Assembly (NCBI GenBank): GCA_964016885.1
Contig: OZ024744.1
Coordinates: 9,238,001-9,302,000, forward strand
Source of the DNA: Eledone cirrhosa
Taxonomy: Eukaryota
Length of the DNA stretch: 64,000 nucleotides
Reading direction: 5' to 3'
In this document: piece after piece, positions 45,001-47,640 of the stretch
Numbering within the stretch: the first letter of the stretch is position 1
How the letters are laid out: each line of letters opens with the position of its first letter
The notes under the pieces: generated by a model
The model's input: only the letters and a program-made list of their open reading frames with translations
The model's database searches: none
What the model was told of the DNA's origin: nothing
Program-made: the position numbers and the translations under genes

Positions 45001-46737
45001 CAACAACAACAACAACAACAGCGGCACCAATGTCTACAACAACAACAACAGCGGCACCAATGTCTACAACAACAACAACAACACCGGCACCAATGTCTAC
45101 AACAACAATAACAACAGCGGCACCAATGTCTACAACAACAACAACAACACCGGCACCAATGTCTACAACAACAACAACAGCGGCACCAATGTCTACAACA
45201 ACAACAACAACAGCGGCACCAATGTCTACAACAACAACAACAACAGCGGCACCAATGTCTACAACAACAACAACAGCGGCACCAATGTCTACAACAACAA
45301 CAACAACAGCGGCACCAATGTCTACAACAACAACAACAACACCGGCACCAATGTCTACAACAACAACAACAACACCGGCACCAATGTCTACAACAACAAC
45401 AACAACAACAACAGCGGCACCAATGTCTACAACAACAACAACAACAACAGCGGCACCAATGTCTACAACAACAACAACAACAGCGGCACCAATGTCTACA
45501 ACAACAACAACAACAACAACAACAGCGGCACCAATGTCTACAACAACAACAACAACAGCGGCACCAATGTCTACAACAACAACAACAACACCGGCACCAA
45601 TGTCTACAACAACAACAAAAGCGGCACCAATGTCTACAACAACAACAACAACACCGGCACCAATGTCTACAACAACAACAACAACAGCGGCACCAATGTC
45701 TACAACAACAACAACAGCGGCACCAATGTCTACAACAACAACAACAACAGCGGCACCAATGTCTACAACAACAACAACAACACCGGCACCAATGTCTACA
45801 ACAACAACAACAACAGTGGCACCAATGTCTACAACAACAACAACAGCGGCACCAATGTCTACAACAACAACAACAACACCGGCACCAATGTCTACAACAA
45901 CAACAACAACAGCGGCACCAATGTCTACAACAACAACAACAGCGGCACCAATGTCTACAACAACAACAACAACAGCGGCACCAATGTCTACAACAACAAC
46001 AACAACAACAACAGCGGCACCAATGTCTACAACAACAACAACAACACCGGCACCAATGTCTACAACAACAACAACAGCGGCACCAATGTCTACAACAACA
46101 ACAACAACAGCGGCACCAATGTCTACAACAACAACAACAACAACAACAGCGGCACCAATGTCTACAACAACAACAACAACACCGGCACCAATGTCTACAA
46201 CAACAACAACAGCGGCACCAATGTCTACAACAACTACAACAACAGCAGCACCAAGGTCTACAACAACAACAACAGCGGCACCAATGTCTACAACAACAAC
46301 AACAGCGGCACCAATGTCTACAACAACAGCAACAGCGGCACCAATGTCTACAACAACAGCAACAGCGGCACCAATGTCTACAACAACAACAACAGCGGCA
46401 CCAATATCTACAACACCAACAACAGCGGCACCAATGTCTACAACAACAACAACAGCGGCACCAATGTCTACAACAACAACAACAGCGGCACCAATGTCTA
46501 CAACAACAACAACAACACCGGCACCAATGTCTACAACAACAACAACAGCGGCACCAATGTCTACAACAACAACAACAACACCGGCACCAAAGTCTACAAC
46601 AACAACAACAGCGGCACCAATATCTACAACAACAACAACAGCGGCACCAATGTCTACAACAACAACAACACCGGCACCAATGTCTACAACAACAACAACA
46701 GCGGCACCAATGTCTACAACAACAACAACAGCGGCAC
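1..46737 (+). repeat. Giant tandem array (minisatellite/VNTR), unit [G/C]CGGCACCAATGTCT(ACA)3-9, modal 30-33 bp, about 1,500 units, with higher-order repeats
   Basis: Directly visible. Constant 15-bp core plus a variable ACA tract. Runs from the window start to the N gap, so neither true end is seen. Diagnostic variant units recur at fixed offsets. Confidence 0.98.
1773..33044 (+). CDS. Putative mucin-like PTS-domain segment, (A/P)APMS(T)n, 10,423 codons to a TAA
   Basis: ORF track; Thr/Ser/Pro/Ala composition typical of mucin O-glycosylated domains. No signal peptide, splice site or flanking domain is visible. The unit is open in 5 of 6 frames, and this frame has TAA at 1752, 33042 and 37599. 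Confidence 0.3.
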   Translation: MSTTTTTAAPMSTTTTTVAPMSTTTTTAAPMSTTTTTAAPMSTTTTTTAAPMSTTTTTTAAPISTTTTTPAPISTTTTTPAPMSTTTTTTAAPMSTTTTTAAPMSTTTTTAAPMSTTTTTAAPMSTTTTTPAPMSTTTTVAPMSTTTTTAAPMSTTTTTAAPMSTTTTTPAPMSTTTTVAPMSTTTATTAAPMSTTTTTAAPMSTTTATAAPMSTTTTTAAPMSTTTTTAAPMSTTTTTAAPMSTTTTTAAPMSTTTTTAAPMSTTTTTAAPMSTTTATAAPMSTTTATAAPMSTTTTTAAPISTTPTTAAPMSTTTTTAAPMSTTTTTAAPMSTTTTTTPAPMSTTTTTAAPMSTTTTTTPAPKSTTTTTAAPISTTTTTAAPMSTTTTTPAPMSTTTTTAAPMSTTTTTAAPTSTTTTTAAPVSTKTTTAAPMSTTTTTAAPMSTTTTTTAAPMSTTTTTAAPMSTTTTTTAAPMSTTTTTTPAPMSTTTTAAPMSTTTTTAAPMSTTTTTAAPMSTTTTTPAPMSTTTTTTPAPMSTTTTTAAPMSTTTTTPAPMSTTTTVAPMSTTTTTPAPMSTTTTTPAPMSTTTTTTTAAPMSTTTTTTPAPMSTTTTAAPMSTTTTTAAPMSTTTTTTALPMSTTTTTAAPMSTTTTTAAPMSTTTTTTPAPMSTTTTTAAPMSTTTTTTPAPMSTTTTTAAPMSTTTATTAAPMSTTTTAAPMSTTTTTTPAPMSTTTTTAAPMSTTTTTAASMSTTTTTAAPMSTTTATTAAPMSTTTTITAAPMSTTTTTAAPMSTTTATTTAPVSTTTTAAPMSTTTSTPAPMSTTTTTAAPMSTTTTTAAPMSTTTTTAAPMSTTTTTTAAPMSTTTTTTPAPISTTTTTAAQMSTTTTTAAPMSTTTTTPAPMSTTTTTAAPMSTTTTTAAPMSTTTTTTTTPAPMSTTTTTVAPMSTTTTTAAPMSTTTTTVAPMSTTTTTAAPMSTTTATTAAPVSTTTTAAPMSTTTTTPAPMSTTTTTTAAPMSTTTTTAAPMSTTTTTAAPMSTTTTTAAPMSTTTTTAAPMSTTTTTPAPMSTTTTTTAAPMSTTTTTAAPMSTTTTTPAPMSTTTTTAAPMSTTTTTAAPMSTTTTTAAPMSTTTTPAPMSTTTTTAALMSTTTTTTAVPMSTTTTTAAPMSTTTTRAPMSTTTTTAAPMSTTTTTPAPMSTTTTTAAPMSTTTTTPAPMSTTTTTAAPMSTTTTTAAPMSTTTTTQATMSTTTTTQAPMSTTTTTAAPMSTTTTTAAPMSTTTTTTAAPMSTTTTTPAPMSTTTTTAAPMSTTTTTAAPMSTTTTTAAPMSTTTTTAAPMSTTTTTTAAPMSTTTTTQAPMSTTTTTQAPMSTTTTTPAPMSTTTTSAAPMSTTTTTPAPTSTTTTTAAPMSTTTTTPAPISTTTTTAAPMSTTTTTAAPMSTTTTTTAAPMSTTTTTTPAPMSTTTATTAAPMSTTTTTTPAPMSTTTTTTPAPMSTTTATTAAPMSTTTTTAAPMSTTTTTTTTPAPMSTTTTTTTTPAPMSTTTTTVAPMSTTTTTAAPMSTTTTTVAPMSTTTTTAAPMSTTTTTAARMSTTTTTTPAPISTTTTTTAAPMSTTTTTAAPMSTTTTTTTTPAPMSTTTTTTTTPAPMSTTTTTVAPMSTTTTTAAPMSTTTTTVAPMSTTTTTAAPMSTTTTTAARMSTTTTTTPAPISTTTTTTPAPMSTTTTTAAPMSTTTTTAAPMSTTTTTTTPAPMSTTTTTPAPMSTTTTTAAPMSTTTTTTAAPMSTTTTTAAPMSTTTTTTAAPMSTTTTTTAAPMSTTTTTTPAPMSTTTATTAAPMSTTTTTTPAPMSTTTTTTPAPMSTTTATTAAPMSTTTTTTPAPMSTTTATTAAPMSTTTTTAAPMSTTTATTAAPMSTTTTTTPAPMSTTTTTTAAPMSTTTTTTPAPMSTTTTTTPAPMSTTTTTTAAPMSTTTTTTLTPMSTTTTTTPAPMSTTTATTAAPMSTTTTTTPAPMSTTTTTAAPMSTTTTTTPAPMSTTTTTTAAPMSTTTTTTPAPMSTTTTTTPAPMSTTTTTTAAPMSTTTTTTPAPMSTTTTTTPAPMSTTTTTAAPMSTTTTTTAAPMSTTTTTTAAPMSTTTTTTPAPMSTTTTTAAPMSTTTTTTAAPMSTTTTTTTTAAPMSTTTTTTAAPMSTTTTTTAAPMSTTTTTTPAPMSTTTTTTAAPMSTTTTTTAAPMSTTTTTTTTAAPMSTTTTTTAAPMSTTTTITAAPMSTTTTTAAPMSTTTTTTPAPMSTTTITTAAPMSTTTTTTPAPMSTTTTTAAPMSTTTTTTAAPMSTTTTTTAAPMSTTTTTTAAPMSTTTTTTAAPMSTTTTTTPAPMSTTTTTAAPMSTTTTTAAPMSTTTTTTTTAAPMSTTTTTTTTAAPMSTTTTTTAAPMSTTTTITAAPMSTTTTITAAPMSTTTTTTTTAAPMSTTTTTAAPMSTTTTTTPAPMSTTTITTAAPMSTTTTTTPAPMSTTTTTAAPMSTTTTTTAAPMSTTTTTTAAPMSTTTTTAAPMSTTTTTTAAPMSTTTTTTPAPMSTTTTTTPAPMSTTTTTTTTAAPMSTTTTTTTAAPMSTTTTTTAAPMSTTTTTTTTAAPMSTTTTTTAAPMSTTTTTTPAPMSTTTTKAAPMSTTTTTTPAPMSTTTTTTAAPMPTTTTTAAPMSTTTTTTAAPMSTTTTTTPAPMSTTTTTTVAPMSTTTTTAAPMSTTTTTTPAPMSTTTTTTAAPMSTTTTTAAPMSTTTTTTAAPMSTTTTTTTTAAPMSTTTTTTPAPMSTTTTTAAPMSTTTTTTAAPMSTTTTTTTTAAPMSTTTTTTPAPMSTTTTTAAPMSTTTTTTAAPRSTTTTTAAPMSTTTTTAAPMSTTTATAAPMSTTTATAAPMSTTTTTAAPISTTPTTAAPMSTTTTTAAPMSTTTTTAAPMSTTTTTTPAPMSTTTTTAAPMSTTTTTTPAPKSTTTTTAAPISTTTTTAAPMSTTTTTPAPMSTTTTTAAPMSTTTTTAAPTSTTTTTAAPVSTKTTTAAPMSTTTTTAAPMSTTTTTTAAPMSTTTTTAAPMSTTTTTTAAPMSTTTTTTPAPMSTTTTAAPMSTTTTTAAPMSTTTTTAAPMSTTTTTPAPMSTTTTTTPAPMSTTTTTAAPMSTTTTTPAPMSTTTTVAPMSTTTTTPAPMSTTTTTPAPMSTTTTTTAAPMSTTTTTPAPMSTTTTAAPMSTTTTTAAPMSTTTTTALPMSTTTTTAAPMSTTTTTAAPMSTTTTTTPAPMSTTTTTAAPMSTTTTTTPAPMSTTTAAPMSTTTATTAAPMSTTTTAAPMSTTTTTTPAPMSTTTTTAAPMSTTTTTAASMSTTTTTAAPMSTTTATTAAPMSTTTTITAAPMSTTTTTAAPMSTTTATTTAPVSTTTTAAPMSTTTSTPAPMSTTTTTAAPMSTTTTTAAPMSTTTTTAAPMSTTTTTTAAPMSTTTTTTPAPISTTTTTAAPMSTTTTTAAPMSTTTTTPAPMSTTTTTAAPMSTTTTTAAPMSTTTTTTAAPMSTTTTTTTAPMSTTTTTAAPMSTTTTTTPAPMSTTTTTAAPMSTTTATTAAPVSTTTTAAPMSTTTTTPAPMSTTTTTTAAPMSTTTTTAAPMSTTTTTTAAPMSTTTTTAAPMSTTTTTAAPMSTTTTTPAPMSTTTTTTAAPMSTTTTTAAPMSTTTTTPAPMSTTTTTAAPMSTTTTTAAPMSTTTTTAAPMSTTTTPAPMSTTTTTAALMSTTTTTTAVPMSTTTTTAAPMSTTTTRAPMSTTTTTAAPMSTTTTTPAPMSTTTTTAAPMSTTTTTPAPMSTTTTTAAPMSTTTTTAAPMSTTTTTQAPMSTTTTTQAPMSTTTTTAAPMSTTTTTAAPMSTTTTTTAAPMSTTTTTPAPMSTTTTTAAPMSTTTTTAAPMSTTTTTAAPMSTTTTTAAPMSTTTTTTAAPMSTTTTTQAPMSTTTTTQAPMSTTTTTPAPMSTTTTSAAPMSTTTTTPAPTSTTTTTAAPMSTTTTTPAPISTTTTTAAPMSTTTTTAAPMSTTTTPAPMSTTTTTAAPMSTTTTTVAPMSTTTTTAAPMSTTTTTAARMSTTTTTTPAPISTTTTTTAAPMSTTTTTAAPMSTTTTTTTTPAPMSTTTTTTTTPAPMSTTTTTVAPMSTTTTTAAPMSTTTTTVAPMSTTTTTAAPMSTTTTTAARMSTTTTTTPAPISTTTTTTPAPMSTTTTTAAPMSTTTTTAAPMSTTTTTTTPAPMSTTTTTPAPMSTTTTTAAPMSTTTTTTAAPMSTTTTTAAPMSTTTTTTAAPMSTTTTTTAAPMSTTTTTTPAPMSTTTATTAAPMSTTTTTTPAPMSTTTTTTPAPMSTTTATTAAPMSTTTTTTPAPMSTTTATTAAPMSTTTTTAAPMSTTTATTAAPMSTTTTTTPAPMSTTTTTTAAPMSTTTTTTPAPMSTTTTTTPAPMSTTTTTTAAPMSTTTTTTPAPMSTTTTTTPAPMSTTTATTAAPMSTTTTTTPAPMSTTTTTAAPMSTTTTTTPAPMSTTTTTTAAPMSTTTTTTPAPMSTTTTTTTPAPMSTTTTTTAAPMSTTTTTTPAPMSTTTTTTPAPMSTTTTTAAPMSTTTTTTAAPMSTATTTTAAPMSTTTTTTPAPMSTTTTTAAPMSTTTTTTAAPMSTTTTTTTTAAPMSTTTTTTAAPMSTTTTTTAAPMSTTTTTTPAPMSTTTTTTAAPMSTTTTTTAAPMSTTTTTTTTAAPMSTTTTTTAAPMSTTTTITAAPMSTTTTTAAPMSTTTTTTPAPMSTTTITTAAPMSTTTTTTPAPMSTTTTTAAPMSTTTTTTAAPMSTTTTTTAAPMSTTTTTTAAPMSTTTTTTATPMSTTTTTTPAPMSTTTTAAPMSTTTTTAAPMSTTTTTTTTAAPMSTTTTTTTTAAPMSTTTTTTAAPMSTTTTITAAPMSTTTTITAAPMSTTTTTTTTAAPMSTTTTTAAPMSTTTTTTPAPMSTTTITTAAPMSTTTTTTPAPMSTTTTTAAPMSTTTTTTAAPMSTTTTTTAAPMSTTTTTAAPMSTTTTTTAAPMSTTTTTTPAPMSTTTTTPAPMSTTTTTTTTAAPMSTTTTTTTAAPMSTTTTTTAAPMSTTTTTTTTTAAPMSTTTTTTAAPMSTTTTTTPAPMSTTTTKAAPMSTTTTTTPAPMSTTTTTTAAPMSTTTTTAAPMSTTTTTTAAPMSTTTTTTPAPMSTTTTTTVAPMSTTTTTAAPMSTTTTTTPAPMSTTTTTTAAPMSTTTTTAAPMSTTTTTTTAAPMSTTTTTTTTAAPMSTTTTTTPAPMSTTTTTAAPMSTTTTTTAAPMSTTTTTTTTAAPMSTTTTTTPAPMSTTTTTAAPMSTTTTTTAAPRSTTTTTTPAPMSTTTTAAPMSTTTTTAAPMSTTTTTAAPMSTTTTTPAPMSTTTTTTPVPMSTTTTTAAPMSTTTTTPAPMSTTTTVAPMSTTTTTPAPMSTTTTTPAPMSTTTTTTAAPMSTTTTTTPAPMSTTTTAAPMSTTTTTAAPMSTTTTTAAPMSTTTTTAAPMSTTTTTAAPMSTTTTTTPAPMSTTTTTAAPMSTTTTTTPAPMSTTTTTAAPMSTTTATTAAPMSTTTTAAPMSTTTTTTPAPMSTTTTTAAPMSTTTTTAAPMSTTTTTAAPMSTTTATTAAPMSTTTTAAPMSTTTTITAAPMSTTTTTAAPMSTTTATTAAPVSTTTTAAPMSTTTSTPAPMSTTTTTAAPMSTTTTTAAPMSTTTTTAAPMSTTTTTTAAPMSTTTTTTPAPISTTTTTAAPMSTTTTTAAPMSTTTTTPAPMATTTTTAAPMSTTTTTAAPMSTTTTTTAAPMSTTTTTTTAPMYTTTTTAAPMSTTTTTTPAPMSTTTTTAAPMSTTTATTAAPVSTTTTAAPMSTTTTTPAPMSTTTTTTAAPMSTTTTTAAPMSTTTTTAAPMSTTTTTAAPMSTTTTTAAPMSTTTTTPAPMSTTTTTTAAPMSTTTTTAAPMSTTTTTSAPMSTTTTTAAPMSTTTTTPAPMSTTTTVAPMSTTTTTAAPMSTTTTTAAPMSTTTTTPAPMSTTTTVAPMSTTTATTAAPMSTTTTTAAPMSTTTATAAPMSTTTTTAAPMSTTTTTAAPMSTTTTTAAPMSTTTTTAAPMSTTTTTAAPMSTTTTTAAPMSTTTATAAPMSTTTATAAPMSTTTTTAAPISTTPTTAAPMSTTTTTAAPMSTTTTTAAPMSTTTTTTPAPMSTTTTTAAPMSTTTTTTPAPKSTTTTTAAPISTTTTTAAPMSTTTTTPAPMSTTTTTAAPMSTTTTTAAPTSTTTTTAAPVSTKTTTAAPMSTTTTTAAPMSTTTTTTAAPMSTTTTTAAPMSTTTTTTAAPMSTTTTTTPAPMSTTTTAAPMSTTTTTAAPMSTTTTTAAPMSTTTTTPAPMSTTTTTTPAPMSTTTTTAAPMSTTTTTPAPMSTTTTVAPMSTTTTTPAPMSTTTTTPAPMSTTTTTTTAAPMSTTTTTTPAPMSTTTTAAPMSTTTTTAAPMSTTTTTTALPMSTTTTTAAPMSTTTTTAAPMSTTTTTTPAPMSTTTTTAAPMSTTTTTTPAPMSTTTTTAAPMSTTTATTAAPMSTTTTAAPMSTTTTTTPAPMSTTTTTAAPMSTTTTTAASMSTTTTTAAPMSTTTATTAAPMSTTTTITAAPMSTTTTTAAPMSTTTATTTAPVSTTTTAAPMSTTTSTPAPMSTTTTTAAPMSTTTTTAAPMSTTTTTAAPMSTTTTTTAAPMSTTTTTTPAPISTTTTTAAQMSTTTTTAAPMSTTTTTPAPMSTTTTTAAPMSTTTTTAAPMSTTTTTTAAPMSTTTTTTTAPMSTTTTTAAPMSTTTTTTPAPMSTTTTTAAPMSTTTATTAAPVSTTTTAAPMSTTTTTPAPMSTTTTTTAAPMSTTTTTAAPMSTTTTTAAPMSTTTTTAAPMSTTTTTAAPMSTTTTTPAPMSTTTTTTAAPMSTTTTTAAPMSTTTTTPAPMSTTTTTAAPMSTTTTTAAPMSTTTTTAAPMSTTTTPAPMSTTTTTAALMSTTTTTTAVPMSTTTTTTAAPMSTTTTRAPMSTTTTTAAPMSTTTTTPAPMSTTTTTAAPMSTTTTTPAPMSTTTTTAAPMSTTTTTAAPMSTTTTTQAPMSTTTTTQAPMSTTTTTAAPMSTTTTTAAPMSTTTTTTAAPMSTTTTTPAPMSTTTTTAAPMSTTTTTAAPMSTTTTTAAPMSTTTTTAAPMSTTTTTTAAPMSTTTTTQAPMSTTTTTQAPMSTTTTTPAPMSTTTTSAAPMSTTTTTPAPTSTTTTTAAPMSTTTTTPAPISTTTTTAAPMSTTTTTAAPMSTTTTTTAAPMSTTTTTTPAPMSTTTATTAAPMSTTTTTTAAPMSTTTTTTTPAPMSTTTTTPAPMSTTTTTAAPMSTTTTTTAAPMSTTTTTAAPMSTTTTTTAAPMSTTTTTTAAPMSTTTTTTPAPMSTTTATTAAPMSTTTTTTPAPMSTTTTTTPAPMSTTTATTAAPMSTTTTTTPAPMSTTTATTAAPMSTTTTTTPAPMSTTTTTTAAPMSTTTTTTPAPMSTTTTTTPAPMSTTTTTTAAPMSTTTTTTPAPMSTTTTTTPAPMSTTTATTAAPMSTTTTTTPAPMSTTTATTAAPMSTTTTTTPAPMSTTTTTTAAPMSTTTTTTPAPMSTTTTTTPAPMSTTTTTTAAPMSTTTTTTPAPMSTTTTTTPAPMSTTTTTAAPMSTTTTTTAAPMSTTTTTTAAPMSTTTTTTPAPMSTTTTTAAPMSTTTTTTAAPMSTTTTTTTTAAPMSTTTTTTAAPMSTTTTTTAAPMSTTTTTTPAPMSTTTTTTAAPMSTTTTTAAPMSTTTTTTTTAAPMSTTTTTTAAPMSTTTTITAAPMSTTTTTAAPMSTTTTTTPAPMSTTTITTAAPMSTTTTTTPAPMSTTTTTAAPMSTTTTTTAAPMSTTTTTTAAPMSTTTTTTAAPMSTTTTTTAAPMSTTTTTTPAPMSTTTTTAAPMSTTTTTAAPMSTTTTTTTTAAPMSTTTTTTTTAAPMSTTTTTTAAPMSTTTTITAAPMSTTTTITAAPMSTTTTTTTTAAPMSTTTTTAAPMSTTTTTTPAPMSTTTITTAAPMSTTTTTTPAPMSTTTTTAAPMSTTTTTTAAPMSTTTTTTAAPMSTTTTTSAAPMSTTTTTTAAPMSTTTTTTPAPMSTTTTTTPAPMSTTTTTTTTAAPMSTTTTTTTAAPMSTTTTTTAAPMSTTTTTTTTAAPMSTTTTTTAAPMSTTTTTTPAPMSTTTTKAAPMSTTTTTTPAPMSTTTTKAAPMSTTTTTTPAPMSTTTTTTAAPMSTTTTTAAPMSTTTTTTAAPMSTTTTTTPAPMSTTTTTTVAPMSTTTTTAAPMSTTTTTTPAPMSTTTTTTAAPMSTTTTTAAPMSTTTTTTAAPMSTTTTTTTTAAPMSTTTTTTPAPMSTTTTTTAAPMSTTTTTAAPMSTTTTTTTTAAPMSTTTTTTAAPMSTTTTITAAPMSTTTTTAAPMSTTTTTTPAPMSTTTITTAAPMSTTTTTTPAPMSTTTTITAPMSTTTTTTAAPMSTTTTTTAAPMSTTTTTTAAPMSTTTTTTAAPMSTTTTTTPAPMSTTTTTAAPMSTTTTTAAPMSTTTTTTTTAAPMSTTTTTTTTAAPMSTTTTTTAAPMSTTTTITAAPMSTTTTITAAPMSTTTTTTITAAPMSTTTTTAAPMSTTTTTTPAPMSTTTITTAAPMSTTTTTTPAPMSTTTTTAAPMSTTTTTTAAPMSTTTTTTATPMSTTTTTTAAPMSTTTTTTPAPMSTTTTKAAPRSTTTTTTPAPMSTTTTTTAAPMSTTTTTAAPMSTTTTTTAAPMSTTTTTTPAPMSTTTTTTTTAAPMSTTTTTPAPMSTTTTTAAPMSTTTTTAAPMSTTTTTTPAPMSTTTTTTAAPRSTTTTTTPAPMSTTTTAAPMSTTTTTAAPMSTTTTTAAPMSTTTTTPAPMSTTTTTTPAPMSTTTTTAAPMSTTTTTPAPMSTTTTVAPMSTTTTTTPAPMSTTTTTPAPMSTTTTTTAAPMSTTTTPAPMSTTTTAAPMSTTTTTAAPMSTTTTTAAPMSTTTTTAAPMSTTTTTAAPMSTTTTTTPAPMSTTTTTAAPMSTTTTTTPAPMSTTTTTAAPMSTTTATTAAPMSTTTTAAPMSTTTTTTPAPMSTTTTTAAPMSTTTTTAAPMSTTTTTAAPMSTTTTTTAAPMSTTTTAAPMSTTTTITAAPMSTTTTTAAPMSTTTATTAAPVSTTTTAAPMSTTTSTPAPMSTTTTTAAPMSTTTTTAAPMSTTTTTAAPMSTTTTTTAAPMSTTTTTTPASMSTTTTTAAPMSTTTTTPAPMSTTTTTAAPMSTTTTTAAPMSTTTTTTAAPMSTTTTTTTAPMSTTTTTAAPMSTTTTTTPAPMSTTTTTAAPMSTTTATTAAPVSTTTTAAPMSTTTTTPAPMSTTTTTTAAPMSTTTTTAAPMSTTTTTAAPMSTTTTTAAPMSTTTTTPAPMSTTTTTTAAPMSTTTTTAAPMSTTTTTPAPMSTTTTTAAPMSTTTTTAAPMSTTTTTAAPMSTTTTPAPMSTTTTTAALMSTTTTTTAAPMSTTTTRAPMSTTTTTAAPMSTTTTKPAPMSTTTTTAAPMSTTTTTPAPMSTTTTTAAPMSTTTTTAAPMSTTTTTQAPMSTTTTTQAPMSTTTTTTATPMSTTTTTAAPMSTTTTTTTAAPMSTTTTTPAPMSTTTTAPMSTTTTTAAPMSTTTTTPAPMSTTTTTAAPMPTTTTTAAPMSTTTTTAAPMSTTTTTAAPMSTTTTAAPMSTTTTTAAPISTTTTTAAPMSTTTTTPAPMSTTTTTAAPMSTTTTTAAPMSTTTATTAAPMSTTTTAAKMSTTTTTPAPMSTTTTTAAPMSTTTTTTPASMSTTTTTPAPTSTTTTTGAPMSTTTITPAPMSTTTTTAAPMSTTTTTGAPMSTTTTTAAPVSTTTTAAPMSTTTTTPAPMSTTTTTAAPMSTTTTTPAPISTTTTTAAPVSTTTTTGAPTSTTTTTGAPMSTTTTTAAPMSTTTTTAAPMSTTTTTAAPMSTTTTTAAPMSTTTTTTAAPMSTTTTTAAPMSTTTTTTAAPMSTTTTTAAPMSTTTTTTAAPMSTTTTTAAPMSTTTTTTAAPMSTTTTTTPAPISTTTTTPAPMSTTTTTAAPMSTTTTTTPAPISTTTTTTAAPMSTTTTTTTTAAPMSTTTTTPAPMSTTTTAPMSTTTTTAAPMSTTTTTPAPMSTTTTTAAPMPTTTTTAAPMSTTTTTAAPMSTTTTTAAPMSTTTTAAPMSTTTTTAAPISTTTTTAAPMSTTTTTPAPMSTTTTTAAPMSTTTTTAAPMSTTTTTPAPMSTTTTTTAAPTSTTTTSAAPMSTTTTTAAPMST

Positions 46738-46937
46738 NNNNNNNNNNNNNNNNNNNNNNNNNNNNNNNNNNNNNNNNNNNNNNNNNNNNNNNNNNNNNNN
46801 NNNNNNNNNNNNNNNNNNNNNNNNNNNNNNNNNNNNNNNNNNNNNNNNNNNNNNNNNNNNNNNNNNNNNNNNNNNNNNNNNNNNNNNNNNNNNNNNNNNN
46901 NNNNNNNNNNNNNNNNNNNNNNNNNNNNNNNNNNNNN
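46738..46937. other. Assembly gap (200 N)
   Basis: Run of exactly 200 N. True size and the adjacency of the two sides are unknown. Confidence 0.99.
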
Positions 46938-47211
46938 CACATACAAACACCCACATGTAATATATATATATATATATATCTATATACACACACGTTATAC
47001 ATATATAATATATATATATATACATATATACACACACACATATATATATATACACACACATAAAAAACAGACATGCACATACATATTTATATATATATAT
47101 TATATATATTTCATTACTCTTATATATACACATATTATATATACATACACAACCTCACTTATACACATATACACATAAGTTATATTACAATAATAATAAA
47201 GAATAATATAC

Positions 47212-47243
<32 letters not shown>

Positions 47244-47601
47244 ATATAATATATATATATATATATACATACATACATACACATACATACATACACATAA
47301 AATATACATACATAAATACACACATACGAATAAAGACATATATTCACACATAGACACCTATATATATCTATATATATATATATATATTATCTATATATAT
47401 ATATAATATACATATATATATATATATTATATATATATATATACACACATACAACCACACACACACACACAGACACACATACACACTCACATATATATAT
47501 ATATATATATATATGTGTATGTGAGTGTGCGCACATACATATTATATATACACACACACATACAAACTCACACAAACACATACATATGCATACGTGCACA
47601 C
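46938..47601 (-). repeat. Inverted copy of 51092-51709 (probable inverted partial pLTR of the Penelope-like element)
   Basis: CACATACAAACACCCACAT at 46938 is the reverse complement of 51691-51709. The unique islands TTTCATTACTCTT, AACCTCACTTATAC, CGAATAAAGACATATTCACAC and ATGCATACGTGCACAC occur in mirrored order in the two arms. Confidence 0.9.
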
Positions 47602-47640
47602 AATATAATAATTAGCAAAAAAATACGTGCACACAATATA

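Noticed and set aside
1-46737. CRISPR array (constant repeat + variable spacer)
   Set aside because: The spacers are only (ACA)n, the repeat is 15 bp, there are no cas genes, and the context is eukaryotic.
1-46737. Telomeric repeat or product of the neighbouring Penelope RT
   Set aside because: No TTAGGG-like unit and no sequence shared with the PLE. The two are separated by a gap, so adjacency is unproven.
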